Shown: piece by piece, positions 1 through 11,753 of the stretch
Layout: the number at the start of each line of letters is the position of its first letter
Numbering within the stretch: position 1 is the first letter of the stretch
Origin: Naegleria gruberi
Lineage: Eukaryota
Length of the DNA: 64,000 bases
Direction: 5' to 3' (one strand)
NCBI GenBank assembly: GCA_000004985.1
Contig: GG738856.1
Program-made: the position numbers and the translations under genes
Notes under the pieces: generated by a model
Database searches by the model: none
What the model saw: the letters and a program-made list of their open reading frames with translations, nothing else
What the model was told of the DNA's origin: nothing

Positions 1-1055
1 TTGATTTTGTTTTTTTTGGTTTTTGGCTGCTCTTCAAATGAGTTGTGAAATTGGAGTTGATTTGTAGAGATTTCAGTTGCGGTTTTTTTTGGACGACCTC
101 TAGTCTTACCAGTATTTGAGAATTTGCATTCTTTCCCCAATCTAAAACATCTACTACAAGGATCCTTTCCATCACATTTCTTTTTTGCTATTCTACATGT
201 ACTACATGCCATTTTGGTTCGTTCTGGGCTGAATGAAGAGTTTTCCTCATTGCATGTATCATTAGAAGATGTCGAAGAATTAGTATTTACAGGATGATAT
301 GGTTTTCTCTTCAATGAGACATCTGGTATCTCTTTTGTGGCATTCATGTCAGATGTCGAATGATTTACATGAGATATTTCCCGTCCTGCATGCATGTGCA
401 TGTTGTGATAAGATGCATGTTCAGATGAAGATACATGGTTGGTATGTGTTGCTACAGTGCATGTATCAGTGTTATTTGCATCATGCTTAACATTCATGTT
501 ACATGAAGTGTTTATAGATGTGCCTTTCGCATGCATATCGTCGGTTTTCATTGGAAAGGTAGAATGATAGGAGAGTGGATGGTGGATTTGGGAAGAGGAT
601 ACTGGAGAAAATGGCATGGGTGAAGTATGTTTGGTGTTGTATTTGGTCAGTCTGTTGGATGAATTAAACACTTGGTGCATCATAGAAGCATGTATGTTAT
701 TGGCATGTAGATCATAAAGTAAAGATGATGGACTTTTGCTACCTGTTGGTGGTCTAGAACGGCTTGATATCTGTGATGATTCAGATAGGAGTGTATTGAT
801 TGGTGGAAGTCTAATGTCTTCTTGATTGGGAGAAGGTGAAATAGATGAATAATTGTGGAACATGTGACTGGATGTACCAGCATTGTCTCCCTTCATCACA
901 GATGATGCTGATCCATTAGATGGTTGTATGTTATAAGGTACATCATTGGTTGGAGGACTAGTAGTATTGGTAGTATTGGTATACTGTGATGTAAAGTATT
1001 GTTGCGAGGAGTAAATCGGTGGAGAATGATGGCTGCCTGGCATTGCCATTAACAT
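1..1055 (-). CDS. Zn(II)2Cys6 (GAL4-type) binuclear-cluster transcription factor, partial (3' end runs off window start)
   Basis: Minus-strand frame is open from an ATG at 1055 (MLMAMPGSHHSPP...) down to position 1. The Zn-cluster motif MACSTCRIAKKKCDGKDPCSRCFRLGKECKF is encoded at about 118..212 (revcomp). S/T/N/H-rich low complexity lies upstream of it. The ORF track misses this ORF because it has no stop within the window. A frame break relative to the listed 958..1215 ORF suggests an upstream intron or frameshift. Confidence 0.55.
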   Translation of the reverse strand, partial: MLMAMPGSHHSPPIYSSQQYFTSQYTNTTNTTSPPTNDVPYNIQPSNGSASSVMKGDNAGTSSHMFHNYSSISPSPNQEDIRLPPINTLLSESSQISSRSRPPTGSKSPSSLLYDLHANNIHASMMHQVFNSSNRLTKYNTKHTSPMPFSPVSSSQIHHPLSYHSTFPMKTDDMHAKGTSINTSCNMNVKHDANNTDTCTVATHTNHVSSSEHASYHNMHMHAGREISHVNHSTSDMNATKEIPDVSLKRKPYHPVNTNSSTSSNDTCNEENSSFSPERTKMACSTCRIAKKKCDGKDPCSRCFRLGKECKFSNTGKTRGRPKKTATEISTNQLQFHNSFEEQPKTKKNKI

Positions 1056-1491
1056 TTTGTTTTGGATTAGTTGAGTTGTTTTTTTTGAGTAAGAAGGCGA
1101 CTAGAGTCGCAATCATAAAGTAGGGTATGTCTTTTGAATCATTGTGTTTTTGTTGTTTAGTAGCCAAAAAGGCCCAATCGACTGAAATTGTTTGATGGCT
1201 TGGTGACATGTTCATATGAATTGTGATTCAACACTATTCTAAAACAAGCAAATGTTGGGTAAATAACAAGAATACATGCGGCTCATTTGTTGCTTGATTC
1301 CCTTCAATTTTGTCAATGCTGTTTAACCCGCTACTTTTTGGGTTCCCTGTCAAAATATGTCAAAACTCTTTTATGGAAAATCAGAGTTTCCAATAAAGCC
1401 GGTTAATGAAGCTGCGAAGTCGTTTGGATTGTCTGCGTGCACCCAGTGAGATGCATTCTTTAATTGTTTCTCAAGTTCAAACAAAGTACAA

Positions 1492-2595
1492 CTATTGAAA
1501 ACTTACCTTAATTGTTTTGAATTTGGCGCGAGGAAAAAATAATTTTGTAATTTCCTCGTACTTGTCTGTGACGTACATTGAATTCTCTCCTCTCAAAAAC
1601 AAAATATTATCGTAATTATATTGAATTGGTGCTAATTGAGCGTAAATACCAAGAGGATCATCTCTTACTTTGAATGGGAAGGAACCAATTTGAATTAAAT
1701 ATTCTTCAATAACATCTAAATTACATCTCCATTCCCATTTGACAGAGTTGTCGTCCAACGTTTTTCTCATAAGATTAGTAAGAAGGAATAAACGAACATC
1801 CCTTGAAATGTTTCCATTTGATAAATCTTTGAGAATTATCTCAGCTTGATTTCTAGTTTTAAGTTTGGAAAGATCTATTCCTTTCATTGCCTTGATGTGA
1901 TTTTGAATAACCCATCTAGAGTCTTGAGTATAATCAACAGGTGAAATATCCACGACTACTATCTTGTTGAATTTTTTCAATAATTCCTTCTCGTTACCAT
2001 TCATAGTTTCTCTTAAAAGCATGTTCATGATAGCTTTACCAGACATGGAGTGTCCGACCAGGTTTACTTTTTCTAATTGTTGTTCTTCACATAAATTCAA
2101 AATATCATCAGCCAAATCATCGTAGGTCATTGATTTAGTATGAAGACTTCTTCCGTGATTTCTACAATCCATCAAGAAGGCTTCTCTTTCTCCTTTCAAT
2201 AATTCTGGATGATAATTATTGATGAGGGAGACATAATTCTGACTACTTCCCAATAATCCATGCATAAATAATAGAGTATCTTTTTTAATAATCGATTCCG
2301 AGCCTCCATTTGTTTTTAATTCTTCATATTGTCCTCGAGAATATTGTTTTCCTTCCGCATCAAATCTTAGGAAGAACAAATGACTATCAAGTACTACATC
2401 TTCATCATCATTCTTCTTATTAGAGAGACAATGTCCAGTAGAAAATGAAACTCTCTGTATTGTTGTTGTATCAAATAATAAATTAATTGTTTTTTTCAAT
2501 TCAAGTGCGTAATGTTGTTGTGGAAAGTGTGAATGTTTGACCCTTGTGAGAAGACCTCTTCTTGGGCTTGACGTGTTGAATGTGAGTCTGTTCAT
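1492..2595 (-). CDS. alpha/beta-hydrolase fold protein (ABHD11/IMO32-like), single exon
   Basis: 367-aa ORF with HGLLGS oxyanion-hole-like motif and GHSMSG nucleophile elbow (G-x-S-x-G). N-terminus is basic and presequence-like. Confidence 0.7.
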   Translation of the reverse strand: MNRLTFNTSSPRRGLLTRVKHSHFPQQHYALELKKTINLLFDTTTIQRVSFSTGHCLSNKKNDDEDVVLDSHLFFLRFDAEGKQYSRGQYEELKTNGGSESIIKKDTLLFMHGLLGSSQNYVSLINNYHPELLKGEREAFLMDCRNHGRSLHTKSMTYDDLADDILNLCEEQQLEKVNLVGHSMSGKAIMNMLLRETMNGNEKELLKKFNKIVVVDISPVDYTQDSRWVIQNHIKAMKGIDLSKLKTRNQAEIILKDLSNGNISRDVRLFLLTNLMRKTLDDNSVKWEWRCNLDVIEEYLIQIGSFPFKVRDDPLGIYAQLAPIQYNYDNILFLRGENSMYVTDKYEEITKLFFPRAKFKTIKVSFQ

Positions 2596-2986
2596 TTTTT
2601 TAGACAGTCAACTTGCTAAAATATTAAAAGAGGAAATTAGATGACCATGTTGGGCATGAACACACAAACCAAGTCAATTAAATACTATTCTTTCATTAAT
2701 TTTCCTCCCTTGGCCTGTTCAGTATTTTATGCGCAATCTACAGTTTCAATTATGAAAAACTGTAGATTATTAAGCACCATTTCCTTCTTGTAAAAACATT
2801 GTTCATCATTACACTTGTACAGTTGCAAGACACAGTTAGCTTTCTTGTGATTGACTCTAATATTTAATCAGTTAGTATTCCAATATTCAATAATAGGAAA
2901 TGAGCAACAATGGAAGATAACAACAACTGTTGCTGTGAAATTCCTTATTCAATTAAAATTAATAAAAAAATCCAAAAACAAAAAAA

Positions 2987-3495
2987 ATGAAAAGTTTCTT
3001 CAAAGATTTTTTTGGTGGTTCTCGAAGTGGTGATGACAATCAAGAAACAACAGATTTAAAACAAGTATCCGAGTGGACAAAGGCTGATTTTTTGGAATAT
3101 ATTCATTCAAAGGAATTGGGAGATATTATTTTGGAGTGTAGGTTTAAATTCAAATTTTAATTAATCAATAATCGGAATGGATTAAAGCTGTGAAAGAGAG
3201 TGATTACTTTGATCAAATTACAGATTATACTAAATTAAACTTCTCGGATTTACTTGTAATTTTAACAAACAATGATGCCTCCACTGTTTTAAATTCTCTT
3301 GCTCACGATTATCCATCAATTTTCAAACCAATTAAAAAGTATGACAGTTATTTGCACACTAGTAATTCTGTTTCTGTGATTAGACACAGCGGAATGGATA
3401 AAGCAAATATGTTCGATAATTATGATGGACAGCACATTAACGATGATACTGCTCCAACACAACAAACCACCACCATCGAAGAAGAACAAAATTAA
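2987..3495 (+). CDS. small SAM-domain-like protein, 2 exons join(2987..3137,3188..3495)
   Basis: ATG at 2987 (MKSFFKDFFGG...WTKADFLEYIHSKELGDIILE). GTAGGT donor at 3138 and AG acceptor at 3186-87, phase-1 consistent. Continues into listed ORF 3190..3495. SAM-like W..DFLEYI...LGDIIL pattern. Confidence 0.4.
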
Positions 3496-3651
3496 TTTAT
3501 CATCATCAAAATAAATCTCAATTGTAAATAAAATTCATCAATATTCTCAATCTTCTAAATTTATCCCTCATTGCTTTATTCATCTGTGTAGATGAATAAT
3601 CAATAAGAATCTTCAATATCAAACCAGGGCTGGACTCGAGATTACAAAAAA

Positions 3652-5888
3652 TTGAGCCATCAATGGTTTTATTACCCAATTCGAGTGCATTACTCAAAAA
3701 AAATGCTTGAAAACCATCATCGTAGTGGTGCTTTGCCAAAAAGCAAGACAAGTTTTCAAACTGATAATAATAATAATAATAATACTAATAGTAGTAGTAA
3801 TAGTGATGAAGGAGTAGTTGATAAAAAACCAACATCGGAACAAAAAGGTTTTACAGTTGTGAATAAACAAGGAAGAGGAATGGTTGGTTCTTTGAGTTTT
3901 TCCAACCTTGTTCGATTGGATAATTCGGAAGTGCCTAAAGGACCCTATGGAAACAGTCCTCATTCAAAGAGAAAATTGGAAAGAGAATCAAATTGTCAAT
4001 CAACACCACAAGAAACAGGAAATAATACATTAATTAGTATTACAAGAATTTTGGCAATTTATACAGGAGGAACAATTGGTATGAAAAAGAGTAGTGAGGG
4101 TTATCAACCAGTTAAGGGATATTTGAGAAAGAAACTTGCTCAATTATCTCAATTTAACGATGAAAGACATAGAAAATTATATTTGACATTGGCAGGTGTT
4201 ATTAATGAGGAAGATAATGAAACAACTGAACAAGCAAAGATTGATCAATGGTTTTCAACTCCAAGAAGTGATGATGGTTGTGTAGCTCTTTATCAATTAT
4301 TAGAATTTGACCCAATTTTGGATAGTAGTGATATGGGTTATAAGGATTGGGTTAAAATTGCACAATGCGTTTATGATCATTACAATAATTATGACAGTGT
4401 AAGTGTTTGAGATATTGCTGAATATTAAGCTTGATTATCAAATTTAGTTTATTATTTTGCATGGTACTGATACTATGTGTTATACTGCGAGTGCTTTGAG
4501 TTTCATGTTTAGAAATTTGGCTAAACCAGTTATTCTTACTGGTTCACAAATTCCAATTTCTCAAACAAGAAATGATGGTATGTTAATCATGTGGAATTTT
4601 ACAATTTCTTACATTTGGAAATGAAGGTTTTGATAATTTATTGGGTTCTATTACTGTTGCCTCAAGAGTTTACATTCCAGAAGTTTGTGTATTTTTCCAT
4701 AACAAGTTATTTAGAGGAAATAGATGTACTAAAATGGATGCAGGTGATTTGAGTGCATTTGATTCTCCAAATGTTCCACCATTAGTTAAATTGGGTATTG
4801 ATATGGAAGTTAATTGGTCTTTAATTAGACCACCTCCTGCTCAGAATCAAGAATTCAAAATGGTCCCAATTACAAACAGTAATGGTAAGTAGACAGATTA
4901 TTGAAGGTTATATGATTGACCAAAATAATAGTCGGTATTTTAAGGATTTTCCCAGGTATTAGCCCAACATTGATGTCCAACTTTTTCTTGCCTCCAGTAA
5001 GTAGTTCAATTCAAAATTGTTATTTTTCATACCTGATGATAAATAGATGGAAGGAGTAGTAATGCTATCTTATGGTGTTGGTAATGTGCCTTCATCTAGA
5101 TCTGACTTTTTACAAGCTATTAAGGAAGCAACGAATAGAGGAATTGTAGTTGTAAATTGTACTCAATGTTGTAAGTTTCTATTGAAAGTCAAATTTCTTA
5201 TATTGTACAAAAATAGTTAAGGGAGCTGTATCTGCATCTTATAAAACAGGATCAGTACTTTATGAAATTGGAGTTGCGAGTGGATCAGAGTAAGTATTTT
5301 AGGAATATCAAACTTTAATATTTCAAAGTATGACACCTGAGGCATCAGTCACAAAATTGAGTAAGTTTTAACAAATGAACATATTACTAAGTAATTATTA
5401 TAGTGTATTTATTGAGTTGCGATTATGAAATTGAGGAAGTAAAGAGATTGCTCACTGTTGATCTGAGAGGAGAGCTTAATAAGCCAATGGCTGTTTCTCG
5501 TTACTCCCTGAGAGAAAGAGGATTTGTTACAGCAGTTTGTAAAGCTCTGAATTTCCAAGGAGGAGAATCTGATATCAAAGAAGTCAGTGATGCTCTCTTA
5601 CCTGTAATAATGTGTAATATTGGAAGTATTGGAGCAGTTGAAGAAATGACAAGACTAATTGAAAATGAAGGAGTTGATCCAAATATTCAAGACTATGATA
5701 AACGTACAGCACTCCACTTGGCTTGTTGTGAAGGACAGCTCGAGATGGTTAAGTTGTTAATTAATTACGGAGCTGATGTTAATACAAGAGATAGATGGGG
5801 ACATACACCTTATGGAGAAGCAATTAACTCTAAGCAGTATCTTGTTGTAAAATATCTGGAAAATCTGGGAATTGAATTACAAATTTAA
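3652..5888 (+). CDS. L-asparaginase / 60-kDa lysophospholipase (ASPG)-like with C-terminal ankyrin repeats, 8 exons join(3652..4398,4448..4577,4627..4884,4932..4996,5047..5170,5217..5289,5329..5360,5404..5888)
   Basis: Exon 1 carries the asparaginase N-terminal signature [12 protein letters not shown]. Exon 2 carries [10 protein letters not shown]...[11 protein letters not shown]. The last exon (ORF 5403..5888) has ankyrin repeats ([26 protein letters not shown]). All junctions are phase-consistent with GTAAGT/GTATGT donors and AG acceptors. Introns are 45-50 nt. Confidence 0.8.
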
Positions 5889-5892
5889 TAAA

Positions 5893-8063
5893 TTAATCAG
5901 TTTCTATTTCATTAATAGTTCTAAACTTGGATTGCATTGTCTTGAAGTGTTGTAATAATTCTTCTTCAAGACTCTTGTCTTCTTTTGAATTTTCTTCTTC
6001 AAGACTCTTTTGACCTGTCATTTGTATCATACAAAGGCTATTTACACACTCTAAACGTTTGCTCAATTTGGTGAAGGCTGTTGTTTGAGGTAAAAGCATC
6101 ATCAACCCATATAATGTTTTGAGGAGATAAGGGTGTTTGTGAGGCTCTAACAACTGAAGTCTCAAATCAACAAAGATTGGAGATTCCAATAATTGAACAA
6201 GATTATCGATTTGTGTTAAAAACTCCACCGTCACTTCGATTTCAGTACTTTTAAAGTAGTAAGAAAAGTGAATTATTTGTTGACAACTTACAAGCTAGAA
6301 ACTAAATAGCTTGCCAATTTGTACTGATTGGCAAGAAGGCATAAAGTAAGAGTGGCAATTGAATTGTGACACCAACTCTTAAATAAATCATGGAAAAGCT
6401 TTTGACCTTCAACAGAGCTATGGGACTTTTTAATGGAGGTTCTCAATCCTAACAATTCCTTACTGGTAAGTAAAATCATATTAAGAGTTTGGACCAGTGA
6501 TGATGTAAATTCCATATTACTTTGTTTGGTATCTAATAAGATATTTGAGAGTTCTTTGAAAATTTTCTCTGGATTGAGCATAACACTCAATTTTCTGAAA
6601 ATAAAACCAGCTTTGGTCAATAAATTATTATCATTTTGGAACATTTGAAGGAGGGACCTTAAGAACTTTTGGAAATTTTCTTCAGTGGTTGAAATAATTG
6701 CCAAAACTTGTAAATCTAGGGAAACAACATCTTCGTTAGGGTCAGATAGAGATTTCAAAAGTAATCCAAAAATAATGTCGATATGCTTCATTACACGGTC
6801 CAAATTCTTATTCAGAAGGATGTGGCACCATTTCAAAGCACAAATTCTATTAGGGATGGAAGGCTTTTGCAATTCAGTCTTGATGACTTTCATCACATCA
6901 CTGAATGAAATAGTTTGATCTGGTGTTGATTTATCCTCTATTATTCTCATAACTTCACTATTAGCTTGTGTACTGGCGTTTCTCAAATCCATTTCATTAT
7001 TGGAAATGTGTGGTAAAATAGCACCAATGACCTGTGAGTGATAAGGTAATACCTTTCTCTTGTCGAAAAGCAAAAATTTGTAAATCCAAATAATAGCTGT
7101 TTGTTTTGCAAGACTACTTCCTGGAGCATCATCACAATGAGCGATGAGAATTTTGATGAGAGGACCAAAATCAATAGAATCGTAGGAATATTCAATTTCT
7201 GTTAAAAATTCATCAAGAACTGTTTTGGCTTGATTGACTATTTCTCTATTAGGATCACTTAACATGAAAAATACGCCAGAAAGGAAATGAGGAAGATACT
7301 CAATCAGATCAATATCTGGTACAGAATCCAAGACAATAATCCAACTCAATAAAAATTGTCTAACATATGGATCGTTGGTGTTAATTCTCTTACTAAGCTC
7401 TGGAATAAATTGATCGATATTGAATATTTCATCTTCTGTCACAATATCTTTAATCAATCTATCCAAGACAACATTAGCATTTTGAACTGTTGTGTCAGGA
7501 TCTCCACTTAGTTTACACAATCCATCAAATATTACATGAAATTGTGGTATGATTTTTCCTCTTGCAATTTTAGCTACATTATACACAGCTTCGGAAGCAT
7601 GAAATCTTACTTTAGCATCTTGATCACCAAAACAACGAAGAATAGGAGGAACCAAATCTTCCAAATACTTTCCAATATCTCTATACAAAGCAATTGCACA
7701 AGATCCTAAAGCCCATAATCCTCCTTTCTTCATATTTGGCTGAATAGAGTCAATCAAGTGGATTGTCAAATATCTAATCAATTTTTTAACAAGTATTTCT
7801 CCTTTTTTTAATTTATCATCATCATCACTTGATGGTACAACAGATGTTGTTGTTGTTGATAATGTATCCGAATCAGTCAATAATAATTTCAAGACAAGCC
7901 TTTCAATTTCCTCTCCACCAATTTTTCTCTTTTCCTTTAATTTATCCGTTAAATTTCTAATCAAAGCTTGTGTGATCAGTGGAATAATTTCACTAAATTC
8001 ATTCTCTACACCCGTATTGTTTGATGGTTGATAGAGGGAGGCACTTGATGCCGAGTGTTGCAT
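5893..8063 (-). CDS. VAC14: VAC14 (PIKfyve/Fab1 scaffold) homologue, 2 exons complement(join(5893..6247,6292..8063))
   Basis: HEAT-repeat 591-aa ORF with DQDAKVRFHASEAVYNVAKIARG...VLDRLIKDIVTE, matching the Vac14 Fab1-binding region. A downstream 113-aa ORF carries the Vac14 C-terminal LLKTLYGLMMLLPQTTAFTKLSKRLECV. The two are joined by a 44-nt GTAAGT...AG intron, phase 2. Confidence 0.8.
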
Positions 8064-8388
8064 TTTTTTATTTGATGACTTGAAAGATTTTTATCTTGAT
8101 TAAAATTATTATTTATTCTTTGTTATTTATTATTTAATTAAATATTATTTGTCAATAATAATTCATTATTTATGAGTATTATTAAGAGTTCTTGGTGCAA
8201 AAATATAATCATCAATATCCAAATCGGAAAATGTCTACAGTTAGTTTGTAGCCGTTTTGGCGGGTGAATTTAATGAAGTCACAAAATAGAAAAAAATTAA
8301 AGAACATTAAGCGTGACGAGGTAGCAACCGCAAAGGAAAAAGCCGATCTCATTCTCAACGCTTCTCTCTCAATAAATTCATTCTTCTC

Positions 8389-9602
8389 ATGTCTTTTGAT
8401 GCTAGTAGTACTACGAAAAGGAGAAGTTTATCTGTACAGGAAACAAGAAATAGGCTGAGGAATACTCAGCTGAAGAAAGGAGAATTACCTGTATCTCATT
8501 CAATTCCCTCTCGGTTTGAAACAAAATTAAACTTGAATTATTCGGAGAGAAAAGGGTTCGGAACAAGCACAACACGTTTTCAAGTATTTGTGGTAGGTTG
8601 TTGAGTTGGATGTTTTTTGATTTAATTTCATGTTTGCAATAGAATGATACACTAGGACCAAATGCAACATCTTATAATATAAAACGAGAAATTAGAGAAG
8701 AAAAACCATCAGATTCAAAGAAAGGATACGGAAATTTAGCATCTCAAACAAAGAGATTTTTTGATCAACCTCGAGTTGCATTTATTACTCCAGGACCAGG
8801 TTCAGCAGAACCAAAATCATTTGTTGAGGATCGCCTTATTAAAACACCAAGTAGTAGAAAAGGAACTAGGTCATTTGTAGAACCAGTGTCCAAATCATTG
8901 AAAACACCAACATCAACAACTATGGTTGGTCCAGGTAGCTATGAAGTTGAATCACCAAGGAGAGCTCAATCAGCTAAATCATCAGTATTTGCTTCAAAAA
9001 CTGAAAGATTTGAAGCATTTAAGGGTCTATCTTCTCCAGCCGCTGTAAAAAATAGATTCGAGGATATGTTTGACCATAAGTATGAAAGAGAGCATTGTGA
9101 AGATATGCTCTACTCAAGGAAAGAAAAAAGAAATCTGTCACAATCAGTATTTAGATCTGCAACTTTCAGAGATTTCGATATTAATCCAAAATCAATGTAT
9201 GAGGAGGTCGATATTCGAGATATTAGTAAGCCAATCACTCCAAGTACTATTGAAAGAAAATCTGCTGTGGAAGATATGCAAAAAGATGGACGATCTTACA
9301 TTTTCAAGAACCACAATATGGATAGATTTGGTAACTTTGTTGGGAATACAAGGAAAAAACCAACAAAAACGCCTGCAAGTCCCCCAAGTTATTACCCTAG
9401 TTTTGATAGATTTGGTGGTAATATGGCAGAGTTGGAGAAGAAGAAACATATTAGTTCAAGCTTTTTCGTTTCGAACACTAAGAGAGATATGGATGTTATT
9501 CCAACAAATGTACCTTATCCAGGCAAATATGATACTTCACAACTATTTGCTACCGGCAATCAAAAGTCGTTTAATATGAATAAAAGTGGTATATTTCTGT
9601 AA
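8389..9602 (+). CDS. STPG (sperm-tail PG-rich repeat) family protein, 2 exons join(8389..8592,8643..9602)
   Basis: Repeated P-G-P-G-S-x-E / GPGSYEV / GPNATSYNI motifs are typical of STPG repeats. GTAGGT donor at 8593 and CAATAG acceptor at 8642, phase 0. Confidence 0.45.
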
Positions 9603-9607
9603 TTATC

Positions 9608-11668
9608 CTATTCGTCTGCATTTATTAATGAGGGTGTTTGCATGATTTTAGAAAGATGTTCTGCAATATGAAATAGTGACGTTTGTTCTTTTTGAATGCT
9701 AGTCCACTCGTTTTCAATATATGCTGTTTTAGCAGACTCTGTAAAGAATGCCTTAGATGTGCAATTGGTTATAGTAATTAAGAAAAATAAAAGTTCTGCT
9801 TCGCTCCAATTCAATTCCAATATTTCAGTGAGATTTTTCAAAATTCTCACATTTACAATTTGGTTATTCAATATTAACACATCTCTTTCTTCCTTGATAC
9901 CTAACAAGCTAGCAAGCTTCTTATTCGATGTCCTAATTGTTAATCTAAGGTTCTCTGCACCAATATATTTAAGTGATGTGAATCCCATAAAATTAAAAAC
10001 GAGCTCGAGACTAGACTTGTTTGTTGCACCTAGGAGCTTATTAGAAACTGTTGGAACAACATTCATTCTAACTATACTATAATTTGTACTTTCAACACTA
10101 GAGCCCAGTAATTTGAATCTAACTTCTCTACCGAATACATTTGAAACATTTCTAATAATTCTTTCATATTCTTGACTGTTTCTTTGGTAATTAACAAGCC
10201 TTCTTGGAATCTCTAGTAGCTGTATATCACAGAGTAGTTGATTTGTCATGTTAATAAGTAAGTCTAATAAATAAATTTTTGTGGATTTGATATTTGTTAA
10301 TTCAAATACATATTGTTTGAGGAAAGTGGATGATACAAAGTCAATACTTCGGAATTCTTCTGTTGTTTCTCTAGTTGTTACTTGGCATTTTTGTATTGCT
10401 GATGGGAATGTTTGTAAATTATTTCTCTTATAGTTATAGTATTGTTCAATTACATTTTGACAAGTGTCCAAAGTTCCACACATTGCCAAAAATTGGAACA
10501 TTTCTGTTACGGACATCGATGTAGTATTAGTAATGACACCACTTAGTTGACAAAGCTTGTAAAGAATGATATCATTGAATTCGTACTTGCTTCCTGCCAT
10601 ATTTACAATAATTTGTCTTTCATTATTAGCCAAGTCTCCTGAGAGTCCTAAAAATGTTCCATATTTTGTAGAGTTTGTTCCTATAGACATTTGATATAAT
10701 GTCACTCGTTTCTTTTGTTGTTGATTTTGTAAAGTTGTGGCCATAAGGTTTTGGTGAATAAACACTTTTTGGTCAAGTTGTTGCAAATCAGGTATTAATT
10801 GAATTACAGAGGAAAATCCATAATTTTCTTCTCCTTTGATTTGTTCAAATTCAATAATTTGAAGTTTTCCTAGTAAAAATGTACACATTTCTTGATAATA
10901 TACATTTTGAAGTGAAATGGTATCGATTAATTGTCTAACCATTTTGTGTTTTTTAGTAAATTCTACTCTAGATGATAAAGGTATGCACATAAATATTCCA
11001 ACTGGTGGTATATCTGGTTTATCTTTTGGCTCCTCAATCGATGGTATAGTTGCTTTATGAAAAAGTTCGTTCAATAGTAATTGTATTCTACAACTTCGTG
11101 AAATAACTTGAACAGACCTCAAAAAGTTGTGTTGCTTTTTTTTCAAAATGTCAGCTGTGATTGTTTCGGTATTTGAACTTAACATTAAAACGCAAACTTG
11201 ATGATACCATTGAATAAATTGATTCATACTGAAAATATATGGCGAATGTTTTTTAGCCAGCTGATTGAAATGTTGTGAAACACAACTGAAGATAATAGCC
11301 GATGAATATGGAAGAAACACAAGAATTCTTTGATAAAGTTCCTCTCCCGAATCATGTGCTTGTGCGAACATCTTCACCAAAGGAATAATATGGTCAGAAG
11401 AACTTCCGTTATGACTCTTATTCTTTGGTGTTTTCCTAATAATATTTACTCCAGATATTGCCACATTAGAATCCACATTATTAAATGTTCCATTACTATT
11501 TGTATTATTATTTAAAAGTTGAAAGGCTTGATTAGATGAAGCATGAGCCATCATTGAATTAACAACTTGATCATCATCTTTTAATTGAATTAATTGAAAA
11601 AACAGCATTCCATAAATAATTAAATTCTCGGATATTTCTAGAGAGTGTTGTTTCAAAGATGACTCCAC
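9608..11668 (-). CDS. hypothetical protein (686 aa, no recognisable domain)
   Basis: Long uninterrupted minus-strand ORF with codon usage like neighbouring genes. Divergently arranged with the lysyl-tRNA synthetase gene. Confidence 0.4.
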   Translation of the reverse strand: MESSLKQHSLEISENLIIYGMLFFQLIQLKDDDQVVNSMMAHASSNQAFQLLNNNTNSNGTFNNVDSNVAISGVNIIRKTPKNKSHNGSSSDHIIPLVKMFAQAHDSGEELYQRILVFLPYSSAIIFSCVSQHFNQLAKKHSPYIFSMNQFIQWYHQVCVLMLSSNTETITADILKKKQHNFLRSVQVISRSCRIQLLLNELFHKATIPSIEEPKDKPDIPPVGIFMCIPLSSRVEFTKKHKMVRQLIDTISLQNVYYQEMCTFLLGKLQIIEFEQIKGEENYGFSSVIQLIPDLQQLDQKVFIHQNLMATTLQNQQQKKRVTLYQMSIGTNSTKYGTFLGLSGDLANNERQIIVNMAGSKYEFNDIILYKLCQLSGVITNTTSMSVTEMFQFLAMCGTLDTCQNVIEQYYNYKRNNLQTFPSAIQKCQVTTRETTEEFRSIDFVSSTFLKQYVFELTNIKSTKIYLLDLLINMTNQLLCDIQLLEIPRRLVNYQRNSQEYERIIRNVSNVFGREVRFKLLGSSVESTNYSIVRMNVVPTVSNKLLGATNKSSLELVFNFMGFTSLKYIGAENLRLTIRTSNKKLASLLGIKEERDVLILNNQIVNVRILKNLTEILELNWSEAELLFFLITITNCTSKAFFTESAKTAYIENEWTSIQKEQTSLFHIAEHLSKIMQTPSLINADE

Positions 11669-11740
11669 AGAAAAGAAGAAGAAACAACAGAGTGAAAATA
11701 TTGCTAGATATGAAGAAGGCTTTTTTTTTGATTGTCCGTT

Positions 11741-11753
11741 GTGCGCGCACGTG
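11741..11753. promoter_or_regulatory. GTGCGCGCAC palindrome overlapping CACGTG E-box in divergent intergenic region (hypothetical gene / lysyl-tRNA synthetase)
   Basis: Direct reading. About 75 bp upstream of the minus-strand gene ATG at 11668. Confidence 0.3.

Noticed and set aside
680-1215. ORF-track entries 680..883(-) and 958..1215(-)
   Set aside because: Superseded by the long open minus-strand frame that encodes the Zn2Cys6 protein. These are partial or off-frame pieces.
9070-9579. 169-aa ORF on + strand overlapping the STPG gene in another frame
   Set aside because: Entirely nested in a better-supported reading frame with recognisable repeats. Composition is typical of an off-frame artefact.
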